Assembly: GCA_039801565.1 (NCBI GenBank)
Contig: JBDRUX010000056.1
Span: 1-16,279 of the forward strand
Direction: 5' to 3'
From: a candidate division WOR-3 bacterium
GTDB lineage: Bacteria > Hydrothermota > Tepidihabitantia > Tepidihabitantales > JAOUPE01
Length of the DNA stretch: 16,279 bases
A program made the translations under genes and the position numbers. The notes under the pieces are model-generated. The model saw only the letters and a list, made by a program, of their open reading frames with translations, was not told the origin of the DNA and searched no databases. Below, piece after piece: positions 8,381 to 16,056 of the stretch. The number at the start of each line of letters is the position of its first letter. Position 1 is the stretch's first letter.

Positions 8381-8471
8381 AAACTTTAATAAGATTAATC
8401 AGCCTTAGGTGGATTCTTTAAAGATATTAAAGAAGAACCGGTATTTTATGAATAAAATCTTAATAAAGTTT
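8381..8471. repeat. Nested inverted repeat / long imperfect hairpin
   Basis: Outer arms AAACTTTAATAAGATT (8381-8396) and AATCTTAATAAAGTTT (8456-8471) pair at 15/16. Inner perfect arms TTCTTTAA (8414-8421) and TTAAAGAA (8427-8434) are nearly concentric. Confidence 0.65.
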
Positions 8472-8488
8472 AGAGTTTATAAGTTATA

Positions 8489-8504
8489 AGCAATCCTGTT
8501 GCCT
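8489..8504 (-). promoter_or_regulatory. Putative sigma54 (-24/-12) promoter
   Basis: Minus strand AGGCAACAGGATTGCT versus consensus TGGCACG-N4-TTGCW: GG-N10-GC spacing is exact, and GGCA and TTGCT are conserved. Adjacent to a sigma54 activator gene. Confidence 0.5.
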
Positions 8505-8532
8505 TGGCAATTACTCATAAGAAGTCAATCGC

Positions 8533-8560
8533 TTGACAATGGCTAATTTGCTTCTATACT
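8533..8560 (+). promoter_or_regulatory. sigma70-type promoter for the response regulator (near-leaderless)
   Basis: TTGACA-16 nt-TATACT-8 nt-ATG(8569), with no SD. Confidence 0.7.
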
Positions 8561-8568
8561 ACCGAATT

Positions 8569-9750
8569 ATGAGCCGGAAAATAAAAGGTAGAATTCTTGT
8601 AATTGATGATGAAGCAAAAGACCGGGAGGTTATCCGCAAAATTCTCAGTCCAGAGAATTACGAAGTGATTCAAGCCGAAAATGGCTTGGCCGGAATTAAA
8701 CAAATTAAGGAAAACCAGCTAAATTTGGTTCTGCTCGATCTCGTCTTACCGGATATTAATGGCATTGAGGTATTAAAGGAAATAATTAAACTGAAACCAA
8801 CTTTGCCCGTAATAATGATTTCCCAATATGGGACGATTAAGTATGCGGTGCTGGCGACGAAATTGGGTGCCTTTGACTGGTTAGAAAAACCAATTGATAA
8901 AGAAATTTTATTGGTCACAGTAAGGAATGCCTTAGAGCGCGAACGGTTACAAAAAGAGGTCGCCATACTCAAGGAAGAATCGTTAAAACGCTATCAAATG
9001 ATTGGTGTCTCAGAACCAATCCAAAAGATTTTCAATTTTATCGAAAAAATCGCTCCAACTAATACCCCGGTTTTAATTACTGGCGAGAGTGGAGTGGGTA
9101 AGGAGTTAGTGGCGCGGGCAATTCATAATAAAAGTAAGCGAAAAAGTGAGGCTTTCGTTAAAATAAATTGTGCCGCAATCCCAGAGACTTTAATTGAAAG
9201 TGAACTTTTTGGTTACGAAAAAGGTGCCTTCACTGATGCCAAGACCACGAAACCGGGAAAATTGGAAATCGCCCATAATGGAACTTTATTCCTTGATGAG
9301 ATTGGTGATTTAGGGCTTGCTGCCCAAGCGAAACTGTTGAGGTTTTTGCAGGAAGGAGAATTTGAGCGGCTGGGCGGTACCAGTGCGACAAAAGTTTCGG
9401 TGCGTATCATTGCCGCCTCTAATAAAAATTTGTTAGAAGAGATTGAACGCAAAAATTTCCGTGCCAACCTTTATTACCGACTAAATGTAATAAGTATTTA
9501 TGTTCCCCCACTACGCGAGCGGAAAGAGGATATTCCAGTCTTAGCCGATTATTTTTTAACCAAGTATTGTGAAGAGAATGGGGCAATTAAGAAAAGTTTA
9601 ACTCCGGATGCGATAGTCTTTCTCCAAAATCAACCTTGGATTGGAAATGTCCGAGAGTTAGAAAACTTAATCAATCGCGCATCAATTCTTGTGAAATCGC
9701 CTCAAATTACTGTCCCAGATTTAATCCAATTAAGCCAAGAACATCTTTAA
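8569..9750 (+). CDS. sigma54-dependent response regulator (NtrC/NtrX family, REC + AAA+) lacking the C-terminal HTH
   Basis: REC domain (ILVIDDE, LLDLVLP, EKP), Walker A GESGVGKE, ESELFGYEKGAFTDA, Walker B LFLDEI, and WIGNVRELEN. The protein ends about 30 aa later. Start reassigned to ATG 8569, since the ORF-track TTG overlaps the -35 box. Confidence 0.93.
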   Translation: MSRKIKGRILVIDDEAKDREVIRKILSPENYEVIQAENGLAGIKQIKENQLNLVLLDLVLPDINGIEVLKEIIKLKPTLPVIMISQYGTIKYAVLATKLGAFDWLEKPIDKEILLVTVRNALERERLQKEVAILKEESLKRYQMIGVSEPIQKIFNFIEKIAPTNTPVLITGESGVGKELVARAIHNKSKRKSEAFVKINCAAIPETLIESELFGYEKGAFTDAKTTKPGKLEIAHNGTLFLDEIGDLGLAAQAKLLRFLQEGEFERLGGTSATKVSVRIIAASNKNLLEEIERKNFRANLYYRLNVISIYVPPLRERKEDIPVLADYFLTKYCEENGAIKKSLTPDAIVFLQNQPWIGNVRELENLINRASILVKSPQITVPDLIQLSQEHL

Positions 9751-9801
9751 TAAGTTCGAGACGAATCTGATTAAATCAGGCGGAGGTTTTTAAAAAATCG
9801 C

Positions 9802-9830
9802 TTGACAAAGGTATTTGCTTTAGTTTTAAT
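9802..9830 (+). promoter_or_regulatory. sigma70-type promoter for tRNA-Ala and downstream genes
   Basis: TTGACA-17 nt-TTTAAT, about 20 nt upstream of the tRNA. Confidence 0.6.
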
Positions 9831-9851
9831 ATTAAATTAAGGATTTAATAC

Positions 9852-9924
9852 GGGGCCGTAGCGCAGTTGGGAGCGCGTTTGACTGGCAGTCAAGAGGTCA
9901 CGGGTTCGAATCCCGTCGGCTCCA
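9852..9924 (+). tRNA. tRNA-Ala (GGC), CCA not encoded
   Basis: Cloverleaf with acceptor GGGGCCG/CGGCTCC including the G3:U70 Ala identity pair, D stem GCGC, anticodon loop CT-GGC-AG, T arm ACGGG-TTCGAAT-CCCGT and discriminator A. Confidence 0.97.
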
Positions 9925-9954
9925 CTTTAAATTAAGCTATCCATAAGGAGAAAA

Positions 9955-11112
9955 ATGAAAAAATTTATCGGTTGCATAATTCTGGTCATTTTAGCCTGCG
10001 CGGCACCAGAAATTAAAAAATTGACACCCGAAGAAATGGCGGAACGCAGAAAAGAGGCTGAGAAATATTACAGCCTCGGTGCTGAACATTTAAAGCAGCA
10101 GAATTTTGACGCTGCCTTAGAAAATTTTAAAACCTCGCTTAATTACGACTCGACATATTACGAAGCTTGGATTGGTATCGGAACGGTGCAACGATTAAAA
10201 AGAGATGTTGTTGCCGCCGAAGAGGCATTTAACAAAGCCAAAAGACTTGACCCAAAACGTTCCAAGGCTTATGAAGCATTAGGTGATTTATACTTAGTTA
10301 CTGACCAATACGAAAGAGCAATTGAAGAGTACAAAGCTGGTTTAAAGGTTGATTCAACTTTTATCGAATTATATTTTGGTTTGGCGGATGCTTTTAACCG
10401 GGCTGGTAACATCAATGCTTCGGATTCGGTTTATCAAAAAGCGATTAAAATGTTTCCCGAGGATTTAGGACTGCGCCGCAGTTACGGTCGGCTTTTAGTC
10501 AAGCAAGGTCGCTTCCAAGAGGCTGAAGAACAATTGAAACCCTGTTGTCTACGGTTTCCGGATGTTTTAGAATTACGCGAAGAATACGCTGATGTCTTAG
10601 TCGAAGTCGGCAAATATGGTGAAGCCTTAAAAGAATACGATTATATTTTAACCCAAAAACCGAATAACGCTTACATCATTATGAAAATCGGCAATGTCTA
10701 TATGCGACAGAAAAAATATGCCGAGGCAAGAAAACAATTCCTGAAGGCAAAGGATTTATTACCGAATGAGGCATTGCCTCATATTTACTTGGGTGACTTA
10801 AATACTCGTCTGGGTAATTATTCAGCCGCCGAAGCTGAACTCCGAACTGCCTTGAAAATTGATAATAAATTAATTTTTGGCTATGTGCTATTAGGTGACC
10901 TCTTCAAACGTCAGGGTGAAGAAAATCGAAACCAAAAAAAGTTGGAGACCGCGCTAAAATACTACAAAGAAGCCTTGGCACAATATCAGATGGTACCGGC
11001 TGGTGATAATTATTACAAATATGCTAACACTGAAGCGGAGCGTTGTCGAATTGTAATCGCGAAAATTAAAGAAGAGCTCTGGTTTCAAGGAAAAAAAGTT
11101 GATGAACAATAA
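9955..11112 (+). CDS. Tetratricopeptide-repeat lipoprotein
   Basis: Lipoprotein signal (MKKFIGCIILVILA-C), many TPR units (YYSLG, AWIGIG, AYEALG, LYFGLA, IYLG), and AAGGAG SD. Confidence 0.9.
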   Translation: MKKFIGCIILVILACAAPEIKKLTPEEMAERRKEAEKYYSLGAEHLKQQNFDAALENFKTSLNYDSTYYEAWIGIGTVQRLKRDVVAAEEAFNKAKRLDPKRSKAYEALGDLYLVTDQYERAIEEYKAGLKVDSTFIELYFGLADAFNRAGNINASDSVYQKAIKMFPEDLGLRRSYGRLLVKQGRFQEAEEQLKPCCLRFPDVLELREEYADVLVEVGKYGEALKEYDYILTQKPNNAYIIMKIGNVYMRQKKYAEARKQFLKAKDLLPNEALPHIYLGDLNTRLGNYSAAEAELRTALKIDNKLIFGYVLLGDLFKRQGEENRNQKKLETALKYYKEALAQYQMVPAGDNYYKYANTEAERCRIVIAKIKEELWFQGKKVDEQ

Positions 11113-11138
11113 GGCTAAAGTTTACGATTAGGTTAAAA

Positions 11139-11645
11139 ATGTTGTCACAAAAGGTTCTGTTATTGAATCAAAATTATGAACCTTTGACTTTATGTCGGGT
11201 ACGCCGGGCTTTAGTTTTGTTATATCTGCGTAAGGCCGAGATGGTCGAACCCTATGACAGTTTGGTTGCTCGTTCGGCCAATGTCACAATCCCAATTCCC
11301 AGTGTTTTACGCCTTAATTATTATGTCAAAGTGACCCGCCGAGAAATTCCACTAACCAAACGAAATATTATGCGGCGCGACAACAATCAGTGTCAATACT
11401 GTGGCAAAACTTCTGGACCAATGACCACCGACCATGTTATCCCTAAAGTTTTAGGTGGCACCGACAGTTGGGAAAATTTAGTTTGTGCTTGTGTTGAGTG
11501 TAATACCAAAAAGGGGAATTTGCCATTACATAAATCGGGTTTAAAATTACTCCGAAAGCCGAAAAAACCGCATTTTTTCACCTTCATCTTAAACAGTCTG
11601 GGCCAAATACCAGCCCCCTGGCGCCAATATCTTTTCCTGAGCTGA
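11139..11645 (+). CDS. HNH endonuclease (McrA/HNH_5-like)
   Basis: VLLLNQNYEPL N-terminus, P+VLRL, and RDNNQCQYCG...TDHVIPKVLGG.DSWENLVCAC..CNTKKG. Confidence 0.93.
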   Translation: MLSQKVLLLNQNYEPLTLCRVRRALVLLYLRKAEMVEPYDSLVARSANVTIPIPSVLRLNYYVKVTRREIPLTKRNIMRRDNNQCQYCGKTSGPMTTDHVIPKVLGGTDSWENLVCACVECNTKKGNLPLHKSGLKLLRKPKKPHFFTFILNSLGQIPAPWRQYLFLS

Positions 11646-11662
11646 TTAAAAATTATAAAATA

Positions 11663-13306
11663 TTGGCTCTTTTACTCATTTGCCCTTTTACCAATTTTGG
11701 CTGGTCCGATAGTTTGACGATTAAAAGTGTCGAAGTAGTAGGTAATTATCATCAGAAAAATTTACTTAAATCTTTAAAAAACCGAATCGGCACCCAGCTC
11801 GATTCATTAGGATTAAATTCCGATTATAGGTTAATCCAAGAAAAATACGCCGAGGCTGGTTTCTTCTGGGTCGAGATTAATCATCAGATTATTAAAAAAC
11901 CTTCTGGAATCACCTTGCATTGGAAGATAAAAGAAAATAGCCAAGCGACGATTGGTAAAATCGAAATAATCGGCAATGAAAGGATAGCGACCGCAACCCT
12001 TTGGGAAAAGCTTAAATATCGTAAAGGCACTTTTACCCCAAAGACTGTGTCAGCTAATAGCCAAGCAATTCTTGGTGTCTATCTTGACTCCGGATTTCCA
12101 TTTTGCCAAATTGAGCCAAAGAATTTTCAAATCGAAGATTATAAGGTTAACTATTCCTTAAAAGTCTCTGAAGGTCCAAGGGTAGTAATCAAAACTGTTC
12201 ATTTTAAAGGTCAAAAGTTGACCAAACCGGCAACCTTAAGAAGAATCTTTGGGCTAAGTGATGATTGGCTTTATTCCGAAACTAAAGTACAAACCGGAAT
12301 TAAACGTTTAACCAAGACCAATCTCTTCACCGTATTAAAATCTGAGATTAAAAAACCGAACGAAGACTACTTTTTAATAATTGAAGTAACCGAAGCGAAA
12401 TCGAACGAAATCCAGGCAACCTTTGCTTATCTACCAAAGACTGCTGAGCGGACATCCGAATATTCTGGATTTATTGGTCTGGATATAAAGAACTTATTCG
12501 GCACAATGCGACAAATCAAAGGCAATTGGTCGCATAATATAAATCGCACAAATTATGGTTTGACTTATCTTGAACCATTTCTTTTCGGTTTCCGAATGAA
12601 CCTTGGTGGTGAAGTAACCCATCAGACTAAAGATACCACCTATGCTAAAACTAACTTTGTTCTGTTTTCGGATATTACAATGTCGGATAATTTTTCTTTG
12701 CGATTTGAAACCGGTTGTGAAATTTTCGTTTTCGGCATTACCAATTATAATCGCGCCGCAATTTATTGGGTTGGCAACGGGATAAAATTTGATAATCGAG
12801 AAAATGAAATAAATCCCGCCCGAGGCTTCTTCGTTAATTTAATTAACCGAATTGGACGAAAAACCATAAGATATCAACCATTGGAATTGATTGCCAAGAC
12901 TTATTGGGATGGAGAATATATTTTGCCCCTCCTGGCCAAAGCCAATTTCGGTTGCCTTTGGCACGGTCGCAACCTTTATTCCAATGCTACTGTCAGTTTT
13001 TATGACCTTTTCCATTTGGGTGGTGCCCAAAGTTTAAGAGGTTATCCCGAAGAGGCATTTTCTTCCAAACGCATTTTCTGGTTAAACAACGAATTGCGCT
13101 GGCGACTCAACAATGAATCCCGAATCTTTTTATTTCTTGATACCGGAACCTACCAAACCGAGAATAATTATCCAATTAAGGTTGGTTACGGTTTTGGGTT
13201 AAGGGTCGGCTCAAAAATCGGAATATTTGGCATTGACTATGGTATCGCCGGGGGAGAAAATCCATTACAAGGCAAAATTCATCTTAGCCTGAGCAGTCAA
13301 TTTTAA
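11663..13306 (+). CDS. Omp85 (BamA/TamA) family outer-membrane protein with POTRA domains
   Basis: POTRA-like repeats (IEIIGNE, Y..SGFPF, VSEGP), KNLFG, the barrel motif LGGAQSLRGY, GYGFGLR and a C-terminal Phe. The start may lie upstream at CTG 11642. Confidence 0.9.
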   Translation: MALLLICPFTNFGWSDSLTIKSVEVVGNYHQKNLLKSLKNRIGTQLDSLGLNSDYRLIQEKYAEAGFFWVEINHQIIKKPSGITLHWKIKENSQATIGKIEIIGNERIATATLWEKLKYRKGTFTPKTVSANSQAILGVYLDSGFPFCQIEPKNFQIEDYKVNYSLKVSEGPRVVIKTVHFKGQKLTKPATLRRIFGLSDDWLYSETKVQTGIKRLTKTNLFTVLKSEIKKPNEDYFLIIEVTEAKSNEIQATFAYLPKTAERTSEYSGFIGLDIKNLFGTMRQIKGNWSHNINRTNYGLTYLEPFLFGFRMNLGGEVTHQTKDTTYAKTNFVLFSDITMSDNFSLRFETGCEIFVFGITNYNRAAIYWVGNGIKFDNRENEINPARGFFVNLINRIGRKTIRYQPLELIAKTYWDGEYILPLLAKANFGCLWHGRNLYSNATVSFYDLFHLGGAQSLRGYPEEAFSSKRIFWLNNELRWRLNNESRIFLFLDTGTYQTENNYPIKVGYGFGLRVGSKIGIFGIDYGIAGGENPLQGKIHLSLSSQF

Positions 13307-13308
13307 CA

Positions 13309-14088
13309 ATGGCCGCAATAATCGCTATCTTACTTGGTGTTGTTCAGGGCTTAACCGAATTTCTGCCAATCTCCAGTTCGGCTCACTTAGTCTTTACCCA
13401 ACATCTCTTGCGACTGTCGCCCGATTTCACTTTAAACTATGATGTCATACTCCATCTGGGGACAACATTAGCTTTGTTAATTTTTTTCCGCCGACAAATT
13501 AGAGAAATCATTGCTAATGTATCTTCCGTAGATGCTGAGCAAAGAAAAACTTCGCGCTTGTTGATATTTTATATTATAATTGGCTCAATTCCGATCGCCG
13601 TCATCGGTCTTTTATTTAAAACGGCAATCGAAAAGACTTTTGCCCAACCAATTTTCCCGGCAATATTTCTTATTGTCACTGGGCTCTTACTCCTCACTAC
13701 CAAATTAGTTAAATCTTCGAACCGACAATTAACGATAAAAATAGTAATTTTAATCGGCATTGCTCAAGCCATTGGGCTCCTACCCGGCATCTCCCGTTCT
13801 GGAGCAACAATTGGCATTGCGTTATTATTAGGTATCAATCCCACCGAGGCATTTGAATTTTCTTTCTTGCTCTCGATCCCTGCGGTAATTGGTGCTAATA
13901 TTTTAGTAATGAAAGATTTTACTAATACCGGAATTTCTTTTTTGCTAATGACAATCGGTATCGTTGTTACAGCAGTTACCGGTTTTCTGGCGCTTTTGGT
14001 TCTGAGAAGTTTAGTTTTGCAAAAAAGATTTTATTATTTTGGGTTCTACTGCGTCTTAGTGGGTATTTTAGCCCTGATTATTTTTTAA
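13309..14088 (+). CDS. uppP: Undecaprenyl-diphosphate phosphatase (BacA/UppP)
   Basis: LGVVQGLTEFLPISSSAHL, HLGT, PGISRSGAT and AFEFSFLLSIPA motifs. Confidence 0.96.
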   Translation: MAAIIAILLGVVQGLTEFLPISSSAHLVFTQHLLRLSPDFTLNYDVILHLGTTLALLIFFRRQIREIIANVSSVDAEQRKTSRLLIFYIIIGSIPIAVIGLLFKTAIEKTFAQPIFPAIFLIVTGLLLLTTKLVKSSNRQLTIKIVILIGIAQAIGLLPGISRSGATIGIALLLGINPTEAFEFSFLLSIPAVIGANILVMKDFTNTGISFLLMTIGIVVTAVTGFLALLVLRSLVLQKRFYYFGFYCVLVGILALIIF

Positions 14089-14737
14089 GTTTTGGGAAGA
14101 GTCGCGGGACATTCTTTAAATAATTGATGTATTCGGTCTTAAAATGTTCGGCTAAAACTTTCTCTTCATAGCGAATTTCAACTAAAATCAAGGGGATTCC
14201 AATCCCAAGGGCAAAAATTAAGCCCCAATAAGATGAAAGAGCCAATGCGATGCCAATTAATTGAATCATTGTCGCTAAGTAACGGGGCTGGCGACAATGC
14301 TTATAGATTCCCTTAGCGACGAATTTATTATCGGGCAGGTGTAAAAGCAAAAATAGACTATAGAGTCTCAACAATACACCAATCGCAAAAACCAAAATGC
14401 CGATGAGATTAAGTGTGGGATATAATTGGCGCACTTGCCCCCATTGAAACCAGACATAATCGGCAACACAGAAACCAACATAGGGGTAAAAGAAGAGGGC
14501 AAAAAAGCCACGCCAGATTGGCGACATTTCGACCAAACCGGATTGAAAGAAGGGCGAACCAAAGTAATACTCAAACGCCAACCAGATTGTCACGATGAAA
14601 AAAAGAACGGTCGGGATTATAGCTCGGTCTGGCGCAGCGTCATCAAAAAAGTTACGGGCGAAGTTAATAAAATAGTAAGTGACAAATAATGTCCAGATAA
14701 ATCGTCCAAAACGAAAATTCTTAATGAACTTCATCAT
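14078..14737 (-). CDS. Isoprenylcysteine carboxylmethyltransferase / PEMT-family membrane protein
   Basis: TM-rich, with GIYKHCRQPRY, EEKVL..HF..EY..Y...VPRLFP. Start reassigned to ATG 14737, which overlaps the upstream TGA (ATGA). Confidence 0.85.
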   Translation of the reverse strand: MMKFIKNFRFGRFIWTLFVTYYFINFARNFFDDAAPDRAIIPTVLFFIVTIWLAFEYYFGSPFFQSGLVEMSPIWRGFFALFFYPYVGFCVADYVWFQWGQVRQLYPTLNLIGILVFAIGVLLRLYSLFLLLHLPDNKFVAKGIYKHCRQPRYLATMIQLIGIALALSSYWGLIFALGIGIPLILVEIRYEEKVLAEHFKTEYINYLKNVPRLFPKLKK

Positions 14738-15972
14738 CGCTTCTTTTTTAAATAATTGGCAATCATCGAAACTAAACTTGAATCCGTTGGCGCAAAAGTT
14801 TTGCCGGTTAAACTGATGCTGGTCCAAAGGTCGCGAGGGAATGCTACTCGATAGTTCAAATTGGGTAAAAGTTTCGATTTTTTAAGACGCGGTGAAATAA
14901 TAACCTCGGATTTTAGTTGCTTCATCTCCCCTATCGCCTTGCCATTCAGTTCAGTAATCAGTAATGGTTGATTTAGCCTTCCGCCAGCAAAAAGAGTCCG
15001 ATAAGTTAGCGGTCCTTTTGGAATCGGTTTGGTCACAAACTGCTTAGGCAGAATCAAGACATCAGCATTGGTTTGGGCAAAGACCGCCTGACTGATAATA
15101 TGGGAAAAATCTTCGATTGTTAAATCGTTTTTAAGAGCAATGATTGAACAATTGAGAATTGAATCGGTCCTTGCCGCATAGTGTTGAATAGTTGCTTGCA
15201 CCAAACTATCTTCGCTAATCGTATCACTGACCGAAACAGAACTGCTGCGATATTCAACGATTTGATTGTTAGGACTAAGGAATAAGTCGAGTCGGCATAA
15301 AATCTCATCCTTAACTGGATTAGGGGCAGAAATACCTTTGGGGTTAATAGCACCAATTACAAAATCTAAATCACTAATCGCTACCGAATCGGACCTAACC
15401 GTTACCAGTCCAACTAAATCGGAGCGCAATCGGAGCATTGGGATAAGTCTTTTAATTGTCCAAATTGGATTTTCCCATTTAATATCAGTAAGATAGAACT
15501 CGGTAGTATCAAATGAAATACCTATTAGTCCAATTTTCGTTTTAGCCAAGTCTTTGATTAGATATTCGTGAGCAAAATTTTGCATTGGGTTGCTGGTTTT
15601 TAGGTTAGCGCCCAAAAAGAAAAAATTACCCTGCTGGATTAATTCTTGGGCACGCTTCATTCCAAACCGGAAAAAATCTGGGCAAAGAACTATCGCATCC
15701 ACCGAAGCTGAATTGAGAATTGAAATCTCGGCTTCACCGCGCCATAAAGTAGTAATCGGTTCTTCCCTAAAGATATTGCCGTTAATAACTAATAAGCAGG
15801 GATTTTTTATCTTCGCTTGTTTGATTAATGTTGTAATTTTAGCGATTTTGTCCAATGCCAAATCTTTTGTGTAAAATACCGTAATTGTCTTTTTAATTGG
15901 AATGACTTTAGGCTTTACCGCACAAGCGGTCAACAAAAATATAAAGCCAAAATACAAAATTGACCTTTTCAT
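14734..15972 (-). CDS. 5'-nucleotidase/metallophosphoesterase-like lipoprotein, catalytically degenerate
   Basis: Lipobox LTAC. UshA-like scaffold (FLGANL, KIGLIG, IPKGPLTY, ELNGKAI), but the metal-ligand motifs are altered. Confidence 0.75.
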   Translation of the reverse strand: MKRSILYFGFIFLLTACAVKPKVIPIKKTITVFYTKDLALDKIAKITTLIKQAKIKNPCLLVINGNIFREEPITTLWRGEAEISILNSASVDAIVLCPDFFRFGMKRAQELIQQGNFFFLGANLKTSNPMQNFAHEYLIKDLAKTKIGLIGISFDTTEFYLTDIKWENPIWTIKRLIPMLRLRSDLVGLVTVRSDSVAISDLDFVIGAINPKGISAPNPVKDEILCRLDLFLSPNNQIVEYRSSSVSVSDTISEDSLVQATIQHYAARTDSILNCSIIALKNDLTIEDFSHIISQAVFAQTNADVLILPKQFVTKPIPKGPLTYRTLFAGGRLNQPLLITELNGKAIGEMKQLKSEVIISPRLKKSKLLPNLNYRVAFPRDLWTSISLTGKTFAPTDSSLVSMIANYLKKKR

Positions 15973-15981
15973 TTTTTGTCA

Positions 15982-16010
15982 AGTATACGGACTTATCCTT
16001 GCATTGTCAA
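15982..16010 (-). promoter_or_regulatory. Near-consensus sigma70 promoter for the nucleotidase-like/ICMT operon
   Basis: Minus strand reads TTGACA-17 nt-TATACT-9 nt-ATG(15972), with no SD. Confidence 0.75.
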
Positions 16011-16056
16011 TAATTTATCATTTGCGAGTGTTTATAGACTGGTATCCAGTCTCATT

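Noticed and set aside
9852..9924. tRNA as an integration site for a prophage or island
   Set aside because: No integrase and no duplicated tRNA 3' end in the window.
14078..14088. 11-bp overlap of the convergent uppP and ICMT-like stop regions
   Set aside because: Common in compact genomes; no special significance evident.
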